Shown: positions 19,422 through 28,778 of the stretch, in pieces
Numbering within the stretch: the stretch's first letter is position 1
How the letters are laid out: every line of letters starts with the position of its first letter
Translations under genes and position numbers: made by a program
From: Truepera sp.
GTDB taxonomy: Bacteria > Deinococcota > Deinococci > Deinococcales > Trueperaceae
DNA length: 64,000 nucleotides
Direction: 5' to 3'
NCBI GenBank assembly: GCA_965218435.1
Contig: CBDCKW010000009.1
Location: 1,504,001-1,568,000, forward strand
Notes under the pieces: generated by a model
What the model was told of the DNA's origin: nothing
The model's input: the letters and a program-made list of their open reading frames with translations, nothing else
Databases searched by the model: none

Positions 19422-20792
19422 TTACCAAACGCCCTTAAGTAGCGGCTTCGCTTTTGCAGCAATCTCATCGGTCACGGCCTGAGCGGTAGCGTCTGGATTG
19501 TTCCAAAAAGTATCGAAGGTCGGGTCGACAACATCGCTAAAAAGCTGCGTTGAATTTTTGAGGTAGGTGTCAGGCGGGCGAACGGTGGCGTTGTTGAGCA
19601 CGTAATCGCCCAAAACGGTTTTAGCTTCAGGTGGATAAACGCCCTCTTGACCCTCCAACCATTCGGCTTGTTTTTCAGGGTTCGTGTAGTACTCGAGCTG
19701 TAAAGGCATCCATAACCCTTTTTTGAAGAGGTCTACATTCTCCGGGTCGTTGTGAAACTTGTAAAACTCCCAAACCGCGTCGTGACAAGGGGCGTCGTTA
19801 AACGCGACTGTACCCGCCGAGACGAGCAGCGTTGTTGGCGTTTTGAAGTACGGCAATACACCCATCCCCCAGTTGAGGCCGGGGAGCTGACTGAAGTCGA
19901 GCACTTTCCAGTGGCCCTCAAAGGTCATAGCGACTTTGCCGGTCTGCATCAATACCTCGGCGGCGGCCGGGAGTGCTTCACCTTGTGTTGGTGTCGGAGA
20001 CACGTGGTGGACATAGATGAGGTCGTGCATCTTTTGCAACGCCTCGACAGCTTCGGGTTGGTTGAGCATAAGTTCCGTGCCCGCTTCGTTGGCGAAGCTG
20101 CCGCCGTTAGAGGCGATAAACGGTAGGTACACAGCCCACCACTTGGAGAACGAAACCCCATAAGTCTCGATGTTCTGGGGGTCAAAGTCAGGGCTGGTGG
20201 CGTCAACGCCGTTACGGTCTTTGGTCAGTTTTTTGGCGGCTTCGACAAACTCGTCCCAAGTCCAGGCGTCCTGCGCGGTAGCAGGAGGATAGCCGACGCC
20301 CGCCGCGTCGAACAGGTCTTTGTTGTAATAGGTAATCATCGTTTCGGCGACCGTCCAGCTGCCGTAAGTTTTGCCGCCAAGCTCGTAGAAAGTACCTGGA
20401 AAACGGTTGCTCGCCGCCGGGTCTTGGGCAAAGTAGGGCGTGAGGTCGAGCAGCAACCCCTCTTGTGCCCACGGCAGGGCCATATCTGCACCCAAGTAAC
20501 CAGCGGCGGGGGGCGTGCCACCGGCAATCATAGTGGTAAGTTTGATGCCGTAGTCAGTCGGAATATGCTGACCACGTACCGTAATACCCGGATGCGAGTC
20601 GTTAAACGACCCGATCATGTCGTCAACGGCGCGCTTTTCTTGTGGCGATCCCCAAAAGGTAAAGGTCAGGTCTTGGTCACAAGTGGCTTGAGCACCAGCA
20701 GTACCTAAACTACTTGCCAACAGCAGCGCAGCGCCAAAAATGTGAAGGGGCCTCCAGGCCGACTTCACAGCCCCGTAACGGTTGTGTGTCAT
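19422..20792 (-). CDS. Carbohydrate ABC transporter substrate-binding protein
   Basis: ATG at 20792 behind GGAGAAAGGA; signal peptide ending AGAQ; YYNKDLFDAAG, WTWDEF. Confidence 0.9.
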   Translation of the reverse strand: MTHNRYGAVKSAWRPLHIFGAALLLASSLGTAGAQATCDQDLTFTFWGSPQEKRAVDDMIGSFNDSHPGITVRGQHIPTDYGIKLTTMIAGGTPPAAGYLGADMALPWAQEGLLLDLTPYFAQDPAASNRFPGTFYELGGKTYGSWTVAETMITYYNKDLFDAAGVGYPPATAQDAWTWDEFVEAAKKLTKDRNGVDATSPDFDPQNIETYGVSFSKWWAVYLPFIASNGGSFANEAGTELMLNQPEAVEALQKMHDLIYVHHVSPTPTQGEALPAAAEVLMQTGKVAMTFEGHWKVLDFSQLPGLNWGMGVLPYFKTPTTLLVSAGTVAFNDAPCHDAVWEFYKFHNDPENVDLFKKGLWMPLQLEYYTNPEKQAEWLEGQEGVYPPEAKTVLGDYVLNNATVRPPDTYLKNSTQLFSDVVDPTFDTFWNNPDATAQAVTDEIAAKAKPLLKGVW

Positions 20793-21034
20793 AGATATCC
20801 TTTCTCCAAACGGTAGAACGCAGACTTTGGGAAAACAATTCCGCCCTTTTAGCCGCCTCCGCATCTTCGTGACCAACAGCGCCGACAACAGTCACAGAGC
20901 AAGCTGCAACTTGTAACTTCCGGCCGGAGGTGACGAAATTCAACGATATTTGTTTAGCTATTTTTTATTATGCTGCCTCTAAGCCTACGCCGCAAGATGC
21001 GAACTATGTAGAAAAGTGGTACGATTCCGACCAC

Positions 21035-21892
21035 ATGACAACTCAGGCCACCGCCCCAAAAGAAGTGCTGCCGTTCTTTTGGGCTTTACCTCTTAAGGCC
21101 AGTAATGGCGGGCTGTTCGTGTCGCGTGGGGAGGGCAAACATCCAGACCGGATAATCAGTTCTTTTGAGCTGATATTTGTCAATAACGGGATACTCGAGC
21201 TTCAAGAAGCAAGTCGCCGTTTCAAAGTACATGCGGGTGAAACACTTTTGCTCTGGCCGGGCCGTCCCCACAAAGGAGTCGCCACTTATCCGGCAAACTT
21301 GTCATTTTACTGGGTACATTTTTACCTAAATCCGCAGCGAGGGCCGCGCGTTACGGACGCACTCCAAGAGGTGCAGATACCGCAACACACTCGGGTGAGC
21401 CGTCCTGATCACCTCACCAATCTTTTTAGGCGCTTTTTGGATGACCAAGAGACGGCTACAGCGCGTTCACCCGCAGCCGATTTGCTCCTCCTGCTGATGC
21501 TCTGCGAGGTTACGGGTCCCGATACGCCGCAAGTCGCGTCAGAGAGCGCGTCAGCTGCTCTGGCCAACCGCGCCGACACCCTTATCCGTACACAGTTTCA
21601 TAAACCTTTAAGTACCTCGAGACTAGCCCGGCAGCTTCACTGCAATCCCGACTATTTAGGGCGCGTTTTTCGTCAGTTTTACGGCCTCACGCTTACCGAA
21701 GCCGTTCACCAGCGCCGCCTTAAACACGCCCGCAAACTCCTTTTAGAAGACACTTTGACAACCGACGCGGTAGCCTCAGCGTGCGGGTTTAGCGACGCAG
21801 GGTATTTTAGACGGGTATTTAGACGAGCTGAGGGAATGACACCTTACGCATTTCGCAAGCTTTACAGCAAGGTGCATGTCAACACCGGCTAG
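21035..21892 (+). CDS. AraC family transcriptional regulator, divergent from the ABC/GH127 operon
   Basis: N-terminal cupin (FYWVHF); C-terminal double HTH (YLGRVFRQ...VASACGFSDAGYFRRVFRR..GMTP). Confidence 0.92.
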   Translation: MTTQATAPKEVLPFFWALPLKASNGGLFVSRGEGKHPDRIISSFELIFVNNGILELQEASRRFKVHAGETLLLWPGRPHKGVATYPANLSFYWVHFYLNPQRGPRVTDALQEVQIPQHTRVSRPDHLTNLFRRFLDDQETATARSPAADLLLLLMLCEVTGPDTPQVASESASAALANRADTLIRTQFHKPLSTSRLARQLHCNPDYLGRVFRQFYGLTLTEAVHQRRLKHARKLLLEDTLTTDAVASACGFSDAGYFRRVFRRAEGMTPYAFRKLYSKVHVNTG

Positions 21893-22703
21893 GCGCGGCA
21901 CCAAACCGCAGCGGGAATACACGTGTCTTTACCCTGCTTAAGTACCTCCTAGACTCTATCCGAAAACCAGAAAAGTTGTGCCAGACTTACTTTTCTCTTA
22001 CTAACACGCTTTTCTTAGCCTTCGTTTACTGAACCTGTTTTGGTAGGAATAACAAAGGTTTTCGGATAGGTTTTTAAGTATCTCCAAGCTGAAACTAGAG
22101 ACCATCTGACCGAGCTGGGCAAGTAAGATAAAACGCTCTCAGTCTGAAAAATCATTTTTGAGATAGGTTCTGCAAACGAACGGCTAAGAGAGGACAGAAA
22201 AGACCACATGGAGGTCTTTGAGCGAGGCGTATAAGCGCCTGGAAAGGAGAAACAAGGACACACCGGAAAGCTTTAATGGACTGAGTTGCGGGGTGTGAAG
22301 GAGTAGATTATGAAGGAATAAACCTTTGGCCTGCCGCACAGGTTCTTTAGCTCTGATGTTCTTGGTTTTGTGAAAGCGAGCGTTATTACGTTGTGTTCTC
22401 GCTGCGCTCGGACCAAGTACGACGACCGTTAAGCTGTAGGGGTCGGCTCGTTGTGCCATCGTGCCGAGAAACGCCTTACATTTGTCAGCGTCGCAACTGC
22501 TTTGTAAGTCACGTAGCAAAGCTTGTCTGCGGCAAGGTCTAAAGCCCCGATGAGATTAAGGCGACCTGCTCAGAGCTGGTCGCATCAGCGAACCAAGCCT
22601 CGGCGTGGAGGAATCTCAAACCGGCTACCCGAGTCTGTAGGTGTCCAGGTCTTGATGGGTTCGAGCGCCGGACTATATTCATATTCACTGGAGGTTGCAC
22701 TTT

Positions 22704-24809
22704 ATGCCCATCCCTCACGATTACCCCGAACGCGTCTACGCCGGTGTTTTAGGCAAACTTATCGGCGTCTACTTGGGCCGTCCCTTTGAAGGCTGGAGTT
22801 ATGAACGTATCGAGGCTGAATTAGGCGAGGTAACCTCTTACGTTCATGAACGCTTCGGCGTGCCGCTGGTCGTCACCGATGATGACATCTCAGGCACCTT
22901 TACCTTTTTACGCGCGCTGCCGGACCACGGCTATGATCGCAACCTGAGCGCCGCACAAATCGGTCACACCTGGCTCAACTACATCATTGAAGGGAAAACA
23001 ATTTTGTGGTGGGGTGGGATGGGCAACTCAACCGAACAAACTGCGTTTGTGCGCCTTACCCAGGGCGTCGAAGCCCCACAGAGTGGGAGTATGCGCCTCA
23101 ACAGCCAGCTGGTCGCCGAGCAGATCGGAGCACAGATTTTTATCGACGGCTGGGCGATGGTCGCGCCGGGTGAACCCGAACTGGCAGCCTCGCTTGCCCA
23201 AAAAGCTGCGAGTGTAAGCCATGACGGTGCGGCTGTCCACGCTGCGATGCTGCTGGCTGCTATGGAGGCTCAGGCTTTTATCGAGCCTGACTTGGGGACA
23301 CTGCTTGAGGTCGGCTTGTCCGTTATTCCAAGAGACTCTATTATCAGCCGACTTGTCAGCGACGTGCGTGAATGGCGAGCGGTGGATCAGAACTGGCGCG
23401 TCACCAGGGAACGTATCGCAGCGCATTACGGCTACGACAAGTACGGCGGCAACTGTCATATCGTCCCGAACCACGCCGTCGTTATCCTTAGTCTCCTTTA
23501 CAGCGACGACAACTTCGACCGCGCTCTGATGATCGCCAACACCTGCGGTTGGGATACGGACTGCAATTCGGGTAATGTGGGCTGCTTGCTGGGGATTAAA
23601 AACGGGTTGAGTGGACTTGACACCGGGCAGGACTGGCGCACCCCGGTCGCCGACCGGCTCTTTCTTCCGAGTGCCGACGGGGGACGCGCCATCACCGACG
23701 CGGTAACGGAAACGTACCACGTGATCAATACGGGGCGTGCGCTCTCCGGCGAGTCGCCCCTGGCTCCAAAAAACGGTGCCCGCTTTCACTTCGAGCTGCC
23801 TGGTTCGGTGCAGGGGTTCCGGGTTGACGAAACTTCGGGCAACACGGCGGTCAGGCTCGAGAACATCTCTGGCCATAGCCAACAGGGAAATCGCAGTTTG
23901 GCGATCCATTTCAGCAACGTTAGTCCAGAGAACCCCGCCCGTATTGCAACCGCCACCTTTATTCCGCCCGACGCCATCTCAATGCCCGGTTATGGATTCG
24001 TCGCTTCGCCCACGCTGTATCCGGGTCAGACGCTGAAGGGTCGGCTCGAGGCGAGCGAAGAGAACACAGGGGCTGTCCGCTGTCGGCCTTACATCGGCAT
24101 CTATAACGGGGACGACCTTATCGAAAGGCGTTACGGTGACCTTCTTACGTTCTTACCTGGAGAGGCTCACACTTTCTCTTGGCAATTGGGCGACACGGAG
24201 GGTGCGCCGATAGCTGAGGTCGGGCTTGAAATCAGCGAAGCGGCAGAGGGTCAGGGCGTCCTCTATCTCGATTACCTCAGTTGGGACGGAACGCCTGAAA
24301 CCGTATGGCGTCGCCCGCCGGGAAAAGGGCACATGTGGTCGCGTGCCTGGGTCAGCACGATGGATCATGTGGGTGCGCATTGGCCTGCTGCGTTCCACCT
24401 TTCAAAATCAAGAGGAACGGGCATGTTTATTCAGGGTACCCGCGAATGGACCGATTATGAGGTCAGTGCAACCCTAACGCCTCAAGTAGCAGAATCGTTC
24501 GGGCTCGCAGTCAGGGTTCAGGGTCTTGGGCGTTATTACGCGCTCCTAGTAGGCCAAGACCGTACCGTGCGGCTCGTTAAAGTTCAAGACGGAACGACCG
24601 TTTTGCAGAGATCGCCTTTCGAATGGCAGTTTGGTTCATCCTACAAGTTTGCTCTCAGAGTTGAAGGTGCAACGTTAAAGGCCAGGCTCGACGATACGTT
24701 CTTGTTTGAAGTTTCGGATGAAGGGACGTTCTTGACTGGCGGAGGAATCGCTCTGCTATGTGGAGCAGGACTTGTGAGTTGTCCGGAAATTGCAATAGGG
24801 CCAGCCTAA
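22704..24809 (+). CDS. ADP-ribosylglycohydrolase family protein with long C-terminal beta domains
   Basis: GGAGG RBS; YAGVLGK.IG..LG.P.EG, TDDD, GWDTDCN motifs; about 350 extra C-terminal residues. Confidence 0.85.
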   Translation: MPIPHDYPERVYAGVLGKLIGVYLGRPFEGWSYERIEAELGEVTSYVHERFGVPLVVTDDDISGTFTFLRALPDHGYDRNLSAAQIGHTWLNYIIEGKTILWWGGMGNSTEQTAFVRLTQGVEAPQSGSMRLNSQLVAEQIGAQIFIDGWAMVAPGEPELAASLAQKAASVSHDGAAVHAAMLLAAMEAQAFIEPDLGTLLEVGLSVIPRDSIISRLVSDVREWRAVDQNWRVTRERIAAHYGYDKYGGNCHIVPNHAVVILSLLYSDDNFDRALMIANTCGWDTDCNSGNVGCLLGIKNGLSGLDTGQDWRTPVADRLFLPSADGGRAITDAVTETYHVINTGRALSGESPLAPKNGARFHFELPGSVQGFRVDETSGNTAVRLENISGHSQQGNRSLAIHFSNVSPENPARIATATFIPPDAISMPGYGFVASPTLYPGQTLKGRLEASEENTGAVRCRPYIGIYNGDDLIERRYGDLLTFLPGEAHTFSWQLGDTEGAPIAEVGLEISEAAEGQGVLYLDYLSWDGTPETVWRRPPGKGHMWSRAWVSTMDHVGAHWPAAFHLSKSRGTGMFIQGTREWTDYEVSATLTPQVAESFGLAVRVQGLGRYYALLVGQDRTVRLVKVQDGTTVLQRSPFEWQFGSSYKFALRVEGATLKARLDDTFLFEVSDEGTFLTGGGIALLCGAGLVSCPEIAIGPA

Positions 24810-25214
24810 ATATCAACTAGCCGACCGAGAAATAGCTGACCAAGCCACATGTTCAGCTGTTAGATGTTCAGCCAGCAGGTGTATGACGTGGGACCTAGAG
24901 CTTACGCATATAGACTATTTGCACAAGTTCGACCACCTCATCACTGTTCTTAAGATTGGTTGCTTTTCGTTTTCTCTCCGAGCGCGTTTCCTGCCTTGAG
25001 AACAGCTTTGTTTTAAGATGGGTGAGCGAATCGGAAGCTAAAAAACACCGTTGTGCATGAAGTTACGCCATATGCGTAAGCCCTGACGTGGGACCGGCTA
25101 AACGGCAACAGTCCTCGAGCATCTTGATACGGTAACATCGTTTGTCGCGCGGAGCCAAGGTCAGTCTCAAACTGCCAGGGTCGAAAGGGTTGAGATGCGT
25201 AGGTATACGCCTAA

Positions 25215-26198
25215 GTGGACAGCGTGAGTCCGGCTTATTTTTTGGGGCTCGACGCCGGAAATTCAAAAACCGTCGCCTTGGTGTCCGACGCCGGGGGCTG
25301 TATTCGCGGCTGGGGGCGTGGGGGCAGCGGGGATATTTATGTGTCGGAAGAGGGTGCGCTTAGGTCGGTCAAACACGCCGCCGAAACCGCCCTCGAGCTG
25401 GCCGGGTTAGCACCGAGTGACCTCGAGGCGAGCTGTTTTAGTCTGGTCGGCGCGGATTGGCCCGAAGACTTCGTATTCTGGCAGCAAAAAGTTGCCGACT
25501 TTGGTTTCGGCGTAAAGGTGAAGGTCGTCAATGATGCGCTCGGAGCACTGCGTGCAGGCACGCCTGAAGACGGGGTGGCAGTCGTTTGTGGTACCGGCGC
25601 TGCCATCGGCGCACGGCGGGGCGCACACGTCTGGCACAGTTCATTTTGGCAGGAACCGGTGGGCGGCGCTGAGCTGAGTGAACAGACGTTGCGGGCTGTG
25701 TTCCGCGCCGACCTGGGCCTCGGCCCTGCCACCACGTTGACAGAGAGTATCCTCACCTACTTCAGCTGTTCGAGCGCCGAAGCGGTCCTGCACCAGCTGA
25801 CCGCGCGGCAGGCTGAACCCGTACGCCGACGGGCAAGTTTGTCTCGGCTCCTGTTAGACGCGGCAGCCGCGGGCGACGGGGTGGCACTCGAGCTAGTTCG
25901 GCGGGCCGCTGTGACGCTCGGCGAGTACGCGTGTGTCGCAGCCCGAAAGGTGGGTTTAGGCGACGCGCCGTTTCCGCTGGTCTTGGCGGGCGGCGTGCTG
26001 CGCCATCCCGGTGCGACCTTAAAGGACGCGGTAAGCGCCTATGTCCGGCAGGCGTTGCCACCAGCCGACCCTAAGCTCTCCCCTTTTGAGCCGGTGGTCG
26101 GGGCACTCTTATTGGCGCTCGAGACGACCGTCCCTACTATCTCGGACTACACACCGCTCACCGAGACGTTGCCCCCACTCGACTTGTTTACCACCTAG
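25215..26198 (+). CDS. BadF/BadG/BcrA/BcrD-type sugar kinase (N-acetylglucosamine kinase-like)
   Basis: LGLDAGNSKT, VVNDA, VVCGTG, LAGGV. Confidence 0.85.
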   Translation: MDSVSPAYFLGLDAGNSKTVALVSDAGGCIRGWGRGGSGDIYVSEEGALRSVKHAAETALELAGLAPSDLEASCFSLVGADWPEDFVFWQQKVADFGFGVKVKVVNDALGALRAGTPEDGVAVVCGTGAAIGARRGAHVWHSSFWQEPVGGAELSEQTLRAVFRADLGLGPATTLTESILTYFSCSSAEAVLHQLTARQAEPVRRRASLSRLLLDAAAAGDGVALELVRRAAVTLGEYACVAARKVGLGDAPFPLVLAGGVLRHPGATLKDAVSAYVRQALPPADPKLSPFEPVVGALLLALETTVPTISDYTPLTETLPPLDLFTT

Positions 26199-26282
26199 CT
26201 TGCACCTTATAGTCACCTGCTGCGCGCTTATCTAAAAGCCCAGTGACCCCGGCAGCAGTAGAGTATCAGACGAGGAGAACAG

Positions 26283-27581
26283 ATGGCACGGATTAAAATC
26301 GCCTATATCGGCGGGGGCAGCACGCGGGCTCCTGGCACACTGGCGTCATTTATCGAGCAGGGGGAGAACTTCGCGGGCTCGGAAATCGTGCTGATTGACC
26401 TGAACCGAGAAAGGCTCGAGCTGGTCCAAAAGTTGGCCGACAAGATGGCCCGCGCCAAAGGTGCCCAGCTCAAAGTCAGCGTCGCGCCGAACCAGCGCGA
26501 CGGCTTGAGGGACGCCCAGGCAGTGTTGTCGAGCTACCGTCCGGGCGGTTTTGAAGCGCGTTATCTGGACGAAAGTATTCCCCTCAAACACGGGGTGATC
26601 GGTCAAGAGACGCAGGGACCCGGCGGCTTTTTTATGGCGCTGCGTTCGGTCGAAGCTGTTAAAAGCATCGTTAAAGACATGGAAGACGTTTGCCCGAGAG
26701 CGCGGCTTTTTAACTACACCAATCCCGTCAATATCATCGCCGAGGCCGTTACCCACCACTCAGCTATCCCCACCGTGTCGCTCTGCGAAGGCCCGATTAT
26801 CTTTCCGCGTGAAATTGCAGCGTTGGCTGACCTCGAGCCGGACAAAGTTGACGCCGTGATGATCGGCCTCAATCACGCCTCGTGGTCGGTCAGGCATACC
26901 TACGGCGACGGCGAGGACTTCGTGGCGCTGGTCACCGAGGCGTACGAGCGTAAAAAAGACACCGACATGGACGTAAGGGGGAAACGGCTACTCGAGCTGA
27001 CCGCCAAAATGGGCAGCGTACCCGCTCAGTACTATCTCTACTACTACTACCGTGACGCCATCTTAAAAGAGCTGACTCAAAAATCTACCACCCGTGCGCA
27101 GGACATCATGGCGTCGGTCCCCGACTACTGGCGGCACTACCGCGAGCAAGCCGAGCTTGACAACCCGCAGCTCGACCCCGAACGTTCGCGCGGCGGCATT
27201 AATGAGCTCGAGCTTGCCATTGACGTGATGGACGCGGTTTACAACCACCGCCAAGAGGTGTGGCCGGTCAACGTCCCTAACCGTGGGGCGTTGGCAGATT
27301 TTCCCGACGATATGGTTGTCGAAGTACCGGGGCTGGTGGACGGTAACGGCGTTACTCCAATCGCCTTCGGCCAGCTGCCGAAACAAGTGGTGGGCCTGAC
27401 CAAGATGCTGGGAGAATACCAGGCGCTCACCGCCGAAGCAGCGTGGTGCGGGACGAGGCGCGACGCTGTACGCGCCCTCACCGCCAACCCGCTGGTTCTC
27501 TCGCTACCCAAAGCTGAAGCCCTCTACGATGAGATGTCGGCCGCACTGAAAGACTACTTACCTGAACGGTTACTGAGGTAG
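26283..27581 (+). CDS. Glycoside hydrolase family 4 (NAD+-dependent 6-phospho-glycosidase-like)
   Basis: KIAYIGGGS, GQETQGPGG, NYTNP, LCEGP, GLNH; AGGAG RBS. Confidence 0.92.
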   Translation: MARIKIAYIGGGSTRAPGTLASFIEQGENFAGSEIVLIDLNRERLELVQKLADKMARAKGAQLKVSVAPNQRDGLRDAQAVLSSYRPGGFEARYLDESIPLKHGVIGQETQGPGGFFMALRSVEAVKSIVKDMEDVCPRARLFNYTNPVNIIAEAVTHHSAIPTVSLCEGPIIFPREIAALADLEPDKVDAVMIGLNHASWSVRHTYGDGEDFVALVTEAYERKKDTDMDVRGKRLLELTAKMGSVPAQYYLYYYYRDAILKELTQKSTTRAQDIMASVPDYWRHYREQAELDNPQLDPERSRGGINELELAIDVMDAVYNHRQEVWPVNVPNRGALADFPDDMVVEVPGLVDGNGVTPIAFGQLPKQVVGLTKMLGEYQALTAEAAWCGTRRDAVRALTANPLVLSLPKAEALYDEMSAALKDYLPERLLR

Positions 27582-27763
27582 GGGTCTCTTTCATGCTTTC
27601 AAAAAGCCTTTATACCGGATTGGGCAGAACCGAGTTGGGCAGACGTGCTTTTATCACACACAGCTACTACCCGTAAAAATCTTCGCAGCTTACTAAAGAC
27701 GAGCAAACACTCCGTGAGCCTGTTTGTCTGTCACTAGACGAAAGCTAACGAGCAAAATCTACG

Positions 27764-28591
27764 ATGGGAGAAGCGCCTATGGTAAAAGAAATTGGATCAA
27801 AAGAAACCGGGTCGAAAGAAGCCGACCCCCGTCATACCAACGTTCAGCTGTTGGTCGAAAAAGATTACGACGCGCTCAGTAAAGTGGGAGCCGATTTTGT
27901 CGCTGGGGTGTTCAAAGAAAAGCCCGACGCCGCCGTGGTCGTAGCGACGGGTAATACCCCGGTGGGCCTCTACCGCGAGCTGGCTGCAGCGTACGCGTCC
28001 GGCGCATTTGATTCGCAAAAGCTTAAAGTATTTCAACTCGACGCCTACTTAGGGCTCACCCCCGACGATCCACGTTCACTCAACGGCTGGACTAGGCGTG
28101 CCTTCCTTACCCCTTTAGAGATAAACACTCACCAACTGGTTGGGCTGCCGGGTGACAGTCCCGACCCCGAGGCCACCTGCCGCGCCTACGACGAAGCCGT
28201 CGAGCAAGCGGGAGGGTTTGACCTGGCTATTTTAGGACTCGGACCCAACGGTCATCTCGGCTTTAACGAGCCCCCCTCGAGTGCCACCGAGGTTACCCGC
28301 GTCGTTGCGCTAACCGAGGAGAGTATCGTCAGCAACGCGCACTATTGGGGCGGACGGGATCAGGTGCCGCGGCAGGCGCTTACGGCAGGGATGCGCGTGT
28401 TACTCGAGGCTAAAAAGATACTTTTACTCGTGTCAGGCGCACACAAGCGTGACATCTTACAAAAAACCTTGGCGGGTCCCATCACGCCTGAGGTTCCGGC
28501 GTCTTACTTGCGAACCTCGAGCGACGTAACCGTGTTGGTTGACAAGGCCGCGCAAGGACCTTCTTCATACTTTAGCGACGATCAGGGGTGA
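27764..28591 (+). CDS. nagB: Glucosamine-6-phosphate deaminase
   Basis: ATGNTP, QLDAYLG, GLGPNGHLGFNEP, VPASYL. Confidence 0.82.
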   Translation: MGEAPMVKEIGSKETGSKEADPRHTNVQLLVEKDYDALSKVGADFVAGVFKEKPDAAVVVATGNTPVGLYRELAAAYASGAFDSQKLKVFQLDAYLGLTPDDPRSLNGWTRRAFLTPLEINTHQLVGLPGDSPDPEATCRAYDEAVEQAGGFDLAILGLGPNGHLGFNEPPSSATEVTRVVALTEESIVSNAHYWGGRDQVPRQALTAGMRVLLEAKKILLLVSGAHKRDILQKTLAGPITPEVPASYLRTSSDVTVLVDKAAQGPSSYFSDDQG

Positions 28592-28778
28592 CACTGTAAC
28601 TTTACAAAAAGACAAGTTGAGCGACCGGTGGTAATCTTTTCGCAATCTGCAGAGGTGCAAACACAGTTGGGTTTGGGGGTGATCGCGCGAAGTCGCCACA
28701 TTGAGCGTCAGAAGCCGTCTCAGAAAGTCATGTTTGAGATTCCAATCATGTTACTTCTATCTGCAAAAGGAGATTATT

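Noticed and set aside
22704..24809. ARH gene as part of an anti-phage or toxin-antitoxin ADP-ribosylation system
   Set aside because: No ADP-ribosyltransferase, macrodomain or defence genes are adjacent; the neighbours are sugar catabolic genes
28030..28053. NagB LDAY instead of the usual DEY as a sign of inactivation
   Set aside because: The catalytic Asp and the GH.GFNEP motif are retained; not enough to call a pseudoenzyme
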